In this document: positions 21,655-34,100 of the stretch, in pieces
How the letters are laid out: each line of letters begins with the position of its first letter
How positions within the stretch are numbered: position 1 is the stretch's first letter
Assembly: GCA_020137815.1 (NCBI GenBank)
Contig: CM035350.1
Span: forward strand, 7,750,001 to 7,814,000
DNA from: Hormiphora californensis
Taxonomy: Eukaryota > Animalia > Ctenophora
Direction: 5' to 3'
DNA length: 64,000 nt
Position numbers and translations under genes: made by a program
The notes under the pieces: model-generated
What the model saw: only the letters and a program-made list of their open reading frames with translations
Database searches by the model: none
What the model was told of the DNA's origin: nothing

Positions 21655-21867
21655 TCTCTTTCTCTTAGCATACCTAATATTCTCAACGAATATAATATAT
21701 ATTAAACGACCGTGAACTGGTAAGTCATTTAATTATGTATGTATAAGTACAATTTTTATTACAGAGTCTATCCTTACTACCAAGTAGTGCCTATAATTCA
21801 CACGTGTTCAATTCCAAAGATCTTATAATGCGGGTATTATATATAATTAGGAGTTACTAAAAAGTGG

Positions 21868-22140
21868 TGGCAGGGTGGTGTAGCGCCTAGTACACTCGCC
21901 TCTCACGCACTAGGTCCCCCCGGTTTCGATCCTGGTCTAGCGCATCACGCATGTCGTCTAGTCCACCAAGCTCTGATTAGTAGGGGTTCTCTTGAGAGTG
22001 ATACGAGTACATTATCACACTATCACACTATCATACAATCTAAAATTGTTGTTGCAGTTGGATGGCACCCGGCTATAAACGCTGCATACTCATAGAAATC
22101 TGTATCGAAAGGACTGTGGCTGAAACGCCATATATAGAAA
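21868..22140 (+). mobile_element. Probable tRNA-derived SINE (head resembles tRNA-Val)
   Basis: A-box-like tggtgtagcg, B-box-like ggtttcgatcc, tRNA-like spacing (ctcgcctctcacgc...aggtccccccgg), followed by a non-tRNA body. No clean cloverleaf; 3' end approximate. Confidence 0.5.
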
Positions 22141-24504
22141 GGGATATCACCACCCCGAAATTGGATTTATAAAGGTCGCCGTTTTGAAAGTTAAAACTCA
22201 GTTCCTTTATATTGAAGTTCTATGTGAAATGTAAGGTATGTGAAAACAAACATATTATAACAATTCTCGAAATAAACTGTCAGCTGACAATGCTCTGACC
22301 ACAGTTCTCGCGCGCTTCTTATTTGAAAGAAATGAGAATAGGGTCAGGGCCAATGCTCTGACAAGAAATAAACGGTAAATTCCAAGAGCGAATCGGAATA
22401 CATCCGGGGCAGCGAGTATAAATCACGAGTGTTACACATTAGAGTCATGTAATGCACCCCCATCAATCACAATCATAGGAGCATATGCAGGACTGAATGT
22501 GCGTCCTGCAGAACCGGAAACTAGGTTGCAATCCCTCACTCTCTATCTATCTATCTATCTATCTATTTATCTATCGTGTAGGTATACATGCAGGTACGCG
22601 AAGAGAGAGAACTTAAACCTTCATAGATTATCATAGAAGAAGAGAAGAGATAGTGAGGGAGGGAGAGAGAGAGAGTTCTTAATGTGAGAACATTGAACAG
22701 GAAACATGATTCATGCTTGTTCCAACAATAGACAGGTTCACAGCTAGTGACCGAACAATACCGAACAATACCCTATATGCAGGTCCATTTTCAACTGTTC
22801 ATCCCCCAAACTCGTGTGCGGATTTGTTTTGCGTGTTTATGATTATCAAATGTCAACGTGTGGTGTGCGTGTCAATATTTTTAAATTTCAGTTTTAGGCT
22901 GAACAGTTGAATAAAAATGGACTTTACCACTTGCCTTGTTCGACCCTGTTTCACCGTGCCCCGAAAAAGAGGGTTAGAACATAACAAGGTACCACCTCAA
23001 CCATGGTCAATATATTGATTCAATTTATACAGAAAAAGTTGTATTGATTAGATGTTTTAGAAACATGCCAAAAAGACGGACTACCTCTAACTTAACTGGT
23101 TCAGTTTCTCTGACATTAAACGGATAAGAAACATTGCCCAGAGCGAATGGAGTGGCCAAAAGTTTAAATGAGGCACATGAGTATTAGTATGAAATACCGG
23201 ACAGTCGAACACAATGGGGAAGCACGCGTGTTAGTTGACGGTTCCGGCGTCTCAGCCTTCTTCAGAACTAGAAAAGTGAGCAATGTTACAATGGACCCGA
23301 ATGGACCGCTCACTCCAATTGTACACAATTAGAGCACTGACTAAAAGCTACTCTAATAGTTGAGAGTGAGAGAGGGAATATGTTGATCCTTGGGCCTTGA
23401 AAGGACTATAAAAGGCTATATTAGACCATCCTATTGTTTGTATTGGACCCATTGTTTTACCACAGGCCGCTGCAGTACCAGGCTATAGTTCCTATAAGGA
23501 CAATAGGATTATCTGAGAACAGTCATTGTAATTGTGTAAAACGTTGGGTCTACAGTACAGTGCACTAAAAATATATAGAGAAAATATTGGCTAAACCATT
23601 GGACCTCAAGTATCTAAACCTGGCCTGTATATAGCAACAATAATAGCTATTATTAGTAGAATACTTTAGACTGATAAAAAAAATCAAATAGCTGATTTTC
23701 AGGGTTCGGTGAAACAAAAATATCTCTGCCTGATTTCGTATAAATCTTCATGCATTGCTCTATCTACCATGTCGCTTAATTAAGGGAATGAGGAGACAAT
23801 CTGATTTGATCTCTTGTGTGTATCTTCAACGCGCTAATTAACTTCTGAAAACTGAACAGCATGCCCTTCAAATATATGTGTGTGCACAATGCTGTTATTT
23901 TTAGGAGGGATATATCAAGCAATGATATTAGTAAACCGGTTTGTAAGATGACCATCATCATTTGATTAGAAGGATGTATAAAGTGGACCCAGTCTTCATG
24001 ATATATGGTCGAGACCCAGTCTTCATGATATATGGTCGAGACTTAAGAGTATTTCTGAGACCTGGTTATTCATTGCACTAACCTGAATGAGCAGGTGAAG
24101 TAATTGGAGAGTATATCGAGTTCCCATAGTAACGAAACTTTCAGGGCTCCTAGCTCGTATAGCCCCCCTAACTAAACATGTCTAGTGACACATTAAAGCC
24201 AGGATGTTAAGACGTTATACAATTGCAGGCGAATTGTAATGAACCGCACGAAGAAATTAAGTGCACTTTAGCAAGTTCTTTTCTCACGGTGTTATCTCTC
24301 GGAGTTTGTCCTCTAATTTAATATATTTTCCAATTTATTCCTATGACAATACAAGTATACAATTAGGCTTTGGTTACGAAGTCACCCCGTTATTATGTTG
24401 CATATAGCTTTTGCGGAGGGGTAATTTCATTACCAAAATTACGCTCGTCACCTATCAATTTCTACAGACAACTGCAGGCATTACTCCACTTCCAGGAAGT
24501 TATC

Positions 24505-24580
<76 letters not shown>

Positions 24581-24591
<11 letters not shown>

Positions 24592-24738
24592 ATGGGCAAG
24601 GCAAAAAAGTCAGATCAATCCCGGATTTTAGGGCGGGTTTGGTTTTTTTGGCCTGTTTAGGCAAAAAAGCCAGAAAAAGCCAGATCAATCCTGGATTTAA
24701 GGGCGGGATTTGGCTTTTTGGCCATTCCCCCCCCCCCC
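24581..24738. mobile_element. MITE with G-run/C-run termini and an internal direct repeat
   Basis: G11-atgggcaa ... ttggccatt-C12; aaaaag(t/c)cagatcaatcc(c/t)ggattt(t/a)agggcggg occurs twice. Confidence 0.6.
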
Positions 24739-24789
24739 ATATATGGAAAAATAACGTGATCTCCCCATGCGCTGCAAACACGGTGATAA

Positions 24790-25345
24790 TCATATTGGCC
24801 ACATTGATGCCTGAGTGAGATCGAGGTCGCGCAGCGACCGAGATCGAATATCGATCTCACATCTAGGCCTCCGGCGCGTTATTGATTTTAGAGCAAACTT
24901 TTTCAAAGACCTGGCTGCAAGGAACTACTGAACCGATTTGCATCTCGTTTGTTGCTCCTGGCAGCTAATTGTCTCTAGTTTTACGGAAAATACCCGCGAG
25001 TATCAGCATTTGAGGAATAGTGGGTCAAAATTGACGCTAAACATGAGCAATTCTTTAAAGACCTGGCTGCAAGCTCCTACTCGGTCCTGAGACAATCTGC
25101 GGGTACTGGGTGAATCGTCATGGCCTTGTGAGTATGGGAAAATACCCGCCGATTCATCACGATGCGAAATGAGGCCATAATTGACCTTTGAGTAGTGCTA
25201 TGTCAGCTAAAAAGGTCTCCAAAAACGGTCTATCACGCGCGATCTGCTGAAAACGTGCTTTATATCGCGCGCACGTGAGTTCTTGCTCTCAACGGGCCGG
25301 CATCCTATTATTCGCGGAGCGAGAATAGGATGCGATGGATCCAAA
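24790..25345. mobile_element. Helentron/HINE-like non-autonomous element
   Basis: Terminal hairpins ggtcgcgcagcgacc and gcatcctatt...aataggatgc, with a degenerate internal repeat (aaagacctggctgcaag x2, actactgaaccgattt). Family assignment is inference. Confidence 0.4.
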
Positions 25346-25832
25346 TAATCATATCGATAATAGGATCACAGCATGTGTCACTGCCATTTATACCGATCAC
25401 TCTCAGAACGATATCAGAGAATGATCTAATAAAGAATTAAGGAGTGCGTGATGAGATCACGGAAGCTAGATAAAGACAGCTGCATGTGAACTCGAACAGG
25501 AAGTTGCAGGAAGAAGGTGCGAGAATTCGAGGTAGGTAGTGACAGATTAAAGAGAGCCATTATACCGTTTTCAGCCACCCAATTTGCCAAATCGATCACG
25601 GACAAATGTTACTTATATCAGTTCATATGTCCAGATACAATGATTAGTACGTGATGAGTAATGTACATGGTAGCATTTGATGGAAAACATGTGTAATATG
25701 GATATGAGTTGTGTGGTGGTGGTTGTGGAAGGTAAGGGGCGTGTGATGCCCTGATCGAGATGTACTGGAAAGAGATCAGTCAGATCACCCGATCTGTTTT
25801 ACAGGGCAATGGGTAGTTGTCATATTACTAAC

Positions 25833-26094
25833 CTTGTGGTACTTGACAACATGAGTGGTAAGGGTTGCTAGGGCAACTCCATTCCCCACCTAAAGCGCTG
25901 CTCCTCCTACTCCATTTCCTGCCCCCTTCACTTCCCTCTGCTTCAGGCAAATTGTCCAGATGGACAGAGTAAGCCCTTTGCCATTTGTTCATCTCACTTT
26001 CTTTCTTTACTAAACTACCGTTACTAGGCAACGGTGCTATTGGAGGGACTCTAGGAGGGGCGGTAGTGGAGGAACGCCTGCCAAACTTTGACAT
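25833..26094 (-). CDS. Candidate first coding exon of an unidentified gene
   Basis: Acceptor tctttcag at ~26132, ATG 26094, open frame MSKFGRRSSTTAPP...CCQVPQ ending at g|gttagt; upstream donor g|gtaagc at ~26285. Downstream partner exon not established. Confidence 0.45.
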
Positions 26095-27230
26095 GTCGCA
26101 GTTTAATGGGTCAAGCGTTCCTCAAATATCTCTGAAAGAACAGGGAGGATATGACTTTCGGTGTTAACAATATTAAAGCTAGTAAGACTATCCTCCATAA
26201 AACAACGACCGCACTATAGTAATCGTGACTACAACTATAATGACCGGTTATGAACAGCTCTGAATTTAGAATATATATCGCTTACCGTTTTGTCGGTTGT
26301 TATCGCTTATCGCCCGGAAGTTCAGCTCCACTATTTTCTACCGATCGAGATCTTGACAACATACCAACTTTCGACCTAAATTGGGAGGTTGCACCGATTA
26401 TATATTTAATTAAGTTGTTCTTCATTTGTTCTTAATAACCGACTCTGAAATTGCAACAATATGGTTGAAACCTAAAAGTAAACCGTAAAGTCAATCGCAA
26501 GGACGAAAGATCGCCATCGTTGGTGTATATAAAGCAAGCAATGAAGTTAGCTGTACGTTAAGTGGGTGATAATGCACTTAACCGAAACTAAATTGTATAA
26601 TTATCCTACAGTGTAATATATGAAGATTTACAGGATGAAACAGGATTAACATTGCATAAAACTAAACGCGTCACAGTTTCACTAGCATTAGTTTAAATAG
26701 CAAATATCTGGCAGAATCCTGGCCAGGCTGGCGTTGTGTCAAAAGAACGAGAGCTAATGGTCCATTATAAACCGGTTTTAGTTGCACTCCTCCCTCGCTC
26801 AATGTTGCAGTGGAATCAGCTACAAGTGATGCTACTGGAATTATATTACTTTCTGTCAAAGTTACAGCAGGTAAATTAGCCCAGAAAGAAAGGTGGTAGT
26901 ATGTGATTAATTGCTAATTGTAATGGTGTTCTATGGTAGTTTGGTGGAATTTAGTATGGACCATTTAGATTTCAATTTGCTTGCAATGAGGCATGAGCCA
27001 ATAATGATACACTAATTGGACTGTCCATAGATCATTATTGTTCATTGATATCATTTGACCATATTAAACGGTTCAACTATTCCATTACGTGCAAGCTGCT
27101 ATTAGAGGAAAATGTACAATGCCTATAGCTGCTACCATATGATGGCACCATGTCAACACACACTGCAGCATCCAAGCAGGAACATGATCACCTTAACATA
27201 CTTGACACACACACATGTACAACAGGAAGT

Positions 27231-27268
<38 letters not shown>

Positions 27269-28256
27269 AGTTTGGTAGTCATGGAACTAGGCTGCTAAAA
27301 AGACAAAAGTAAATCTCGAAGTGACTGTGAAGATGAGATGAGAGAGAGAGCTTGTGTGTGTACTGTAATTGTTAACTAATGTACCATTATACTAGCTCGA
27401 TTCACTGCACTACTACCAAACAAACCCCCGCGTCATGGGCATATATCCGGCATAAACAGAACATAAACAGAACACAGTTAAATGGAAGAAATACATACAT
27501 GTCGACCGTCGATGTGAATTGTAAGTTCTATCTCCCTAATTACACTATATAAATAGTCTAGTACGCTAATCATCAGAATTCAGATAGTGATCATTTCGCC
27601 TAAACTATTACGATGGAGCAACGACTGATGTTGGATAAATTTAGATTCCCTGAATCTCCACTATAGGAGTAGTAGACAAGAACCATCTAGGAATTCATGC
27701 CAAGATTATGGTGGGTATATTCCACAACATCATGTAGGGTATCTTTGACACACACATGCTACATTCTCCCACATGACACTTGTACAGCTACTATCATGGA
27801 TCAACAAACCAAGATTGCCGGGGTTTATTTCCTGAACATTATATCTTGATCTGACCTTCAGATATTTTTCAGTCAATTATATCTATTGTACCACGTGACC
27901 TCGAGCTGCCATACGTCAAACATTGCTGCACCATGATGATGACCCCCTTGACATGAAATGCTCACACAACTATCACTTTTTGTATCGTTTTTTGTGTATT
28001 ATGTCTGAGCCACACTGCACCTTGTACATGCTTGTTTGGGGGTAGGTCTGTATATTGTGTATATCTCGCCGCTGTCTGTCCCCCTCTTCTCTACATAAAT
28101 GTGAGGCATACTGCGGTGTGTATGGAGAGAGAGAGAGAGAGGGAGATGGTGTCTATGTATGACTCTCACTATCGGAGACTTTTTGTCTACTCATACTGTT
28201 TTTGTTTCATTTAGTTAAGGCCATTTGAGAAGCTTTATTGATGACCGCAATGTAAT

Positions 28257-31103
28257 ATGGGACGGAAGAAGGATCGCAGACCCGCCAGTGATGTTTTTGA
28301 GGGAGAACAAGAAGAGGAGGAGGAGGACCGACCACTGAGTCCCTCGGATATCCGGAGGGCATTTGAGGATGGCAACATGGAGATGCAGTATAGTGGAAGT
28401 CGACCTGATTCAAGGGGTTCTGTGGGGGAGGCCCGGCAGCGGTACCTCGAACAGGCATCCTCTCCCACGCCCGCTCACACAAAGTCTGGCAAGGACAGGA
28501 TGAGTCTTAAGAAGCGGAAAAAGTTTGGCCGTCGGAAGCGGAAGGACAGTAGTAGTTCGAGTAGTTCGAGCTCCTCTTCCAACTCATCCAGCTCGGATGA
28601 GGACGATGTGCCCTGGGATGAGCTGATTGATTCCCGGTACACACCCCTTATCATCGACCTGGCTGACTGGGTGGGGTATGTCACGGGCAGGAAGGTATCT
28701 TGGGAGAAATTCTTCGATAAGATCTGGAGTGGGGTACTGCTGTGCGAGTTTTGTAACTCCATGAACAGAATGACCAACGACGCCTCCCTACCCCAGGTTG
28801 GACAACCTAACTTCTTTTTGAAAAGAACTTTTATCAAACAAAGCTGGTCCATAGATTAAGTAGCGCCGTAGCTAAGCCTTGCACAAATTTGATTGCAAAT
28901 ATGCAAACTTGTGCCCATTCTTTCTTTTCCAGATAGAATGCTACTAGTAGGCCCGTTCGCCCTACGGGCGAATTTCGGGGAAATGGTTGCTTGATTAGGG
29001 AACGCTGACATCACCTGCACCATCCGTTCCTAGCCTATCTCTCACTTTCTCCCTACCCATGTTGTTGTACGCTCTGGGCTTCCTGACAATGTCAAGGTGC
29101 GAATTTAAGAGATCAATGTCAGGGAGGTGCAGTGCTGTTCCAGAAACCCATCACGTGAAAACTTGGCCGCTATGTAGCCGATTCGGAGATTTCTATATTC
29201 GACTGGAGTAATCACCCTTGGGCGACGTTGGGTAAAGCTATCAGTAGTCGTTGATTGGCTCGCTTGAACACGTTGGCGTAATCTGTCATATTCTCTAGCC
29301 TGCTCCCTGACAGCAGCAGATCTTCTGGACCTATATTACCGTTGCCGAAGAGCTAGACATCAGGACAGAAGTAAAAGAATGCACGTGCAGAATTGAATTG
29401 GCCCTTGGTACCCAACTACAACCGGCAGATAGGTCCCCAAGTCCCTCTAATAATTGCACGTGCAGGTGTAGTTGCTAGGTGATGTAGCACTGACAATTTG
29501 AATAGTAAGTAGTATGATGACATAGTAAGTAGTATGATGACATCACGTCCAATTAGCAAATTTATGTGAATGGAAATTTTGTAGGATCAACCTATCCAAT
29601 ATATAGGTACCATGCTAAAGCGACTGATCACTGACTGGTTGAACTTATTGCATAAATTAATAAAAGAGTGGCTGTATGATGCTGACTACAACATAAGAAA
29701 TTGGAGTAATTTTGAGTAATAAGAAGGAAGTAAGGCTATAAGATGGAGCGTCTGAAGTAACATGCTCTGAATAAACTGATTGGTGGGGGGCCTTGCTACG
29801 GTGAAGTGGAGCGAGTGCCTTTCGGCATTATTTTTCTTCAAAGCATTGAAAATTAGGTTTGCATATTCGTTGGTTTTTGACACTGGGAAACCGATGGAAA
29901 AGGGACGGAGAACTATTATAAGGAGGCAGTACACACCAATAAAAATTAAAAATTAAAAATTAAAGTTTTTGGTCATAACTCGCCCATTTTTTGGCTAAAT
30001 TGCTTTTTCTTGGACTCGTTGGAAAGAGGGCATCGAGCTCGTCCCAAACAGCTCACGAAATTTGAAATCGGCACAAAAATGGCGAAGTTTCAGCGCAAAA
30101 TGTGCGTTTTAAATTTGAAATGCGCATGTTCCACCGAGATTTCTCCCTAATTAGATGGTATCTGTCAGGCATTGTTTATAATCGTAGTCCTTGTAACGGG
30201 AACAGGATAAAAACTGATAACTTTCTGGACGTGATGATGGCTAATGGGTGTCTCTGGCACACCTCTATTCTTGCACATCTGTCCGCACGTGTCATAATCG
30301 GCATGGTAGTCGAAAACATCAGTTCTCTTACTAACGTAACACGCTCTCTCAATTTCAGATAAATCTAGCACAACACAGGGACAAGGGGAAGACGTTTATC
30401 CGATACAATGTTGAGGTCTTTATCATTTGGTGTCGAGCGTTTGGTGTGCCCGAACTGTCTTTGATGACCGTCAGTGACTTGGTGGACAAGAAAAGTGTAA
30501 AAATGGTCCTCGGTTCCATCCTAGGTAAACACTTCACGAGCGCAAAGTTATTGTGTAAAACTAACACCCCCGGTACTTCTTTCAGCCGTGGGAAGGGAAG
30601 CAAGAGCGAGGTCCCTGCCTTGTCCGGTTGTGGCTGTACTGGAACAGACCTACAGAATGAACTACGAAACTTTGATAGATGCTGTTGTAGAAGACGAGGC
30701 GATCGAGGATTCAAAAACTATCCAAGGTATTGCAACCCCTCTTATATATTTATCATCGGGCCTCATACTTAACGTTTTTCTAGACAACATTAGTGATGGT
30801 AGCTCTGAATTCTGATTTCATTTCTATATGATCGATAGTGTTCGTACTCTCTTCACAGTTTCGACACTTGCCTCACTAGTTTCGCAAACATTTGTCTCGC
30901 TAGATTCGGTTAGACTGAAGAAGAAGCGGTTCCAGATGATCAAGTCAAAGGCCCAGACGGGCTCCACTCTGACTGATGGAGTGGATGTTAAGCTCGAGGA
31001 ACATCCAGGAGGATATCCTCTGTTTGATGTTTCACAAGGGATTCAAACGGGGCAAAGATGATGTGGCGGAAAGCGTTATTAAGGGGTAAGTGTTCCAAAG
31101 ATC

Positions 31104-31191
<88 letters not shown>

Positions 31192-34100
31192 GCGATCTGA
31201 GATTAAGAGATAGAGATATAAAGAGTAGAAGCGAGAAGAGACGAGAGAGAGCGTCGCGAGAGCGAGAGATTAGAAATACATACTGTAGATATGCAGGAGA
31301 GGCATAGATTAGGCGAGAGAGAGAGAGAGAGAGAAGATAGAGATAGGCAGAGAGTTTCCGAGGAAAGGAAATATGTTCATAATGAGTTTTGTACTAAGCA
31401 TGATAATTATAAAGCTATTAAAATGTGTTTACTTGGTCCAGCTTACATTATAGTTACACATGCTGCATAGTCCTGAGTGGATTGTAATGAGAATGTCACT
31501 AGACGAGTGCTGTTAGCCAAGAGCACTGAGCACTGTATGCATATATAATAGAGCCCTCGCAAAGGACCTATTACAGGAGACATGCAACACTTATGGGCTC
31601 ATAAATACCCAATGTGGGGTGCGTGTGTAACTCATAACATTTAGGTGCCGGCAGGCACCTCCGACCCGAAGAAAACAGCAAAAAACGAAAAAAAGAAAAA
31701 AATTTTTTGCCCCTGCACAAAAACCCAAAAATGCCGGCCCTATTAAGAACAAAGAAAGGTCTTTTTTTTGGGGGGGGGGGGGGGGGGGGGGGGCAAAAAA
31801 CATGTCAACGATTGTGGCCACACCGTTTGAGATATTTGGTTACGAAGTCACCCCTATTATTGCATATAGGGGTGACAATACCGCCTACCTAAAAATGAAA
31901 ATTTACGGGACCTTCTCATAAAAGGATAATGTTTTAATTATGCACTGAACTGCTGTAGACATCACCCACTCACTTCACCCACACACAACACCCACACACA
32001 TGACCAAGCCTGTACGACAGGTTATTGATCACCGGCTGTATTACAGCACGAGAGAGCCGTCACTAGTATCGTGCAGTGATCCGAGGATCATGATAACAAT
32101 TAATATGACGTGATCAACTGCTATAGCCCAACTGTTCATTCTGAGAATTCTGATACAAAGATATTATTTGCCGTACTGATATATGAGGTAACTCCAACCC
32201 CCCAGTTTCATCTCCTGAAACTGGGGGGTTGGAGTTACCTCATATATCAGTACGGCAAATAATATCTTTGTATCAGAATTCTCAGAATGAACAGTTGGGC
32301 TATAGCAGTTGATCACGTCATATTAATTGTCTTCTCATAAAAAGTTATCGAAAACTTGTCTAAAACCTATCTAAAACGTATGGTACTAGTTTGTATAGTA
32401 ACCAGGACCTGAATTCTACAGAAAGTAACGACCGGTAGCGATTACACCACATGTTTAACAACAGAGGTGTGTCGCATAACTCCTTATATGGGCATAAAAT
32501 TCCAATCTTGTGGAATTTTTTCTGACTCGACTATAGCTTAGTTATCAATGAATCCACCTCTAATACCTTTGGAATGGCATTTTGCACATTTCTGAAGGTT
32601 TTTGTAGCCAAATTCCAGCATCTTCATAGTTTTCCAAAAACAAAAACAGTGTTAATGGCCAAAATATCGAAAAATTCCGGTATGTAATGGTAGCTCAGAC
32701 AATTTCCTCGGTATGTTCAAAAAATTAGAACTTTCTGTTTTGTAGTTTGGACACAGGAATTTTTTTTCCGCCGTACAAGCGATATTATTACCCCTCCGTG
32801 AGCTAGCGCAGAGGGGGAATTTCATTACCAATTGAGATATCGACTTGAAATTTTGTAGGCATGTTCTTGTAGTATTCCTTTGTGTCATGACGTTGGCGGA
32901 TTTTTGAATTTTTAATTAATTAATTAATTATAGGTAATTAAAAACGGTGCAAGGGCACCGTGCCCCTGCACATTGCGTGTTATGTCCCTTGCACCGCGCC
33001 CTTGCACCAAATTCTATTTTCCGTTCTGCTTAAAATATCGACTTGAAACTTTGTAGGAATGTTCTTCAATCATAAAAGATGATGTTCGAAAAGTGGGAAT
33101 AGTCAAAATTAATTAATTAGTTAGTTAGAGCCGTGCAAAAAATGGAATTTGGTGCAAGGGCAGGCAATGTGCAAGGGCAAATGGTGCAAGGGCAGCCCTT
33201 GCACCAATTTTATGATCGAACTGTGTCCACACCGTTTAATATTTTGACACGAAACTTTCTATGCATGTTCTAGTAGCATAACTACGAGTACTAGAAGAGC
33301 CGTATGATTAATATATCAATTAGGTAATTAATTATAGGCAAATTAATTAAAATTTGCCCCTGCACAATTTGTGCAAATTTCCCCTGAACATGTGCCCTTG
33401 CACCATTTTGTTTGCCCATGCACTAAATTATATTTTCCGTTCTGCTTAAAATATCGACTTGAAACTTTCTAGGAATGTTCTTCATGCATAAAACATATAA
33501 TATAATCTACAGAAAGTGGGAATAGTCAAAATTAATTAATTAATTTTGACAAATTTGATATTTTGGCAAATTTGATATTCAAACTTTGAGCCTTTGTGAA
33601 AGTAATGAAAATTATTTATTTCAGGTTATGATGAACAATAAGCTATAAAAACGCCCCTTTTTGTTACACAAGCCTGTGCTTGGTATCGAAGACACCTCAC
33701 ACTCTGTCGCCGGGCGACCTTCGCGTGCACACGCTGGCAAGGGGTAACTTCGTAACCAAAGCCTGTGCATTGTGCATAATGAAATGGATAAATTTTCATC
33801 CAGTTGCTGGCGATAGAACTCGATAGAGTTCGATTGATTTACCATGACAACGGAGTTGGTTACCATAGAGATTACCAAAAACGGAGGAGCTGAACCACCG
33901 TGACAACTAGCAAGACACTTTTTCGCGCCCTACATACATGAAAGTTCACAACTAGCAGCTCAGCATTGTCACGTGACCAAAACTAGCCCTAATCATTGGT
34001 TGACCGGTGACCGTACACCCCTCTTGATTGGGTGTTGTATTACCACGTGTACATCCCCGTGATCTGTTTTTAACCAATAGGGGGACCATCACACTTACAA

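Noticed and set aside
21868-21945. Functional tRNA-Val gene
   Set aside because: Acceptor and anticodon stems do not pair cleanly and there is no poly-T terminator; better explained as a SINE head.
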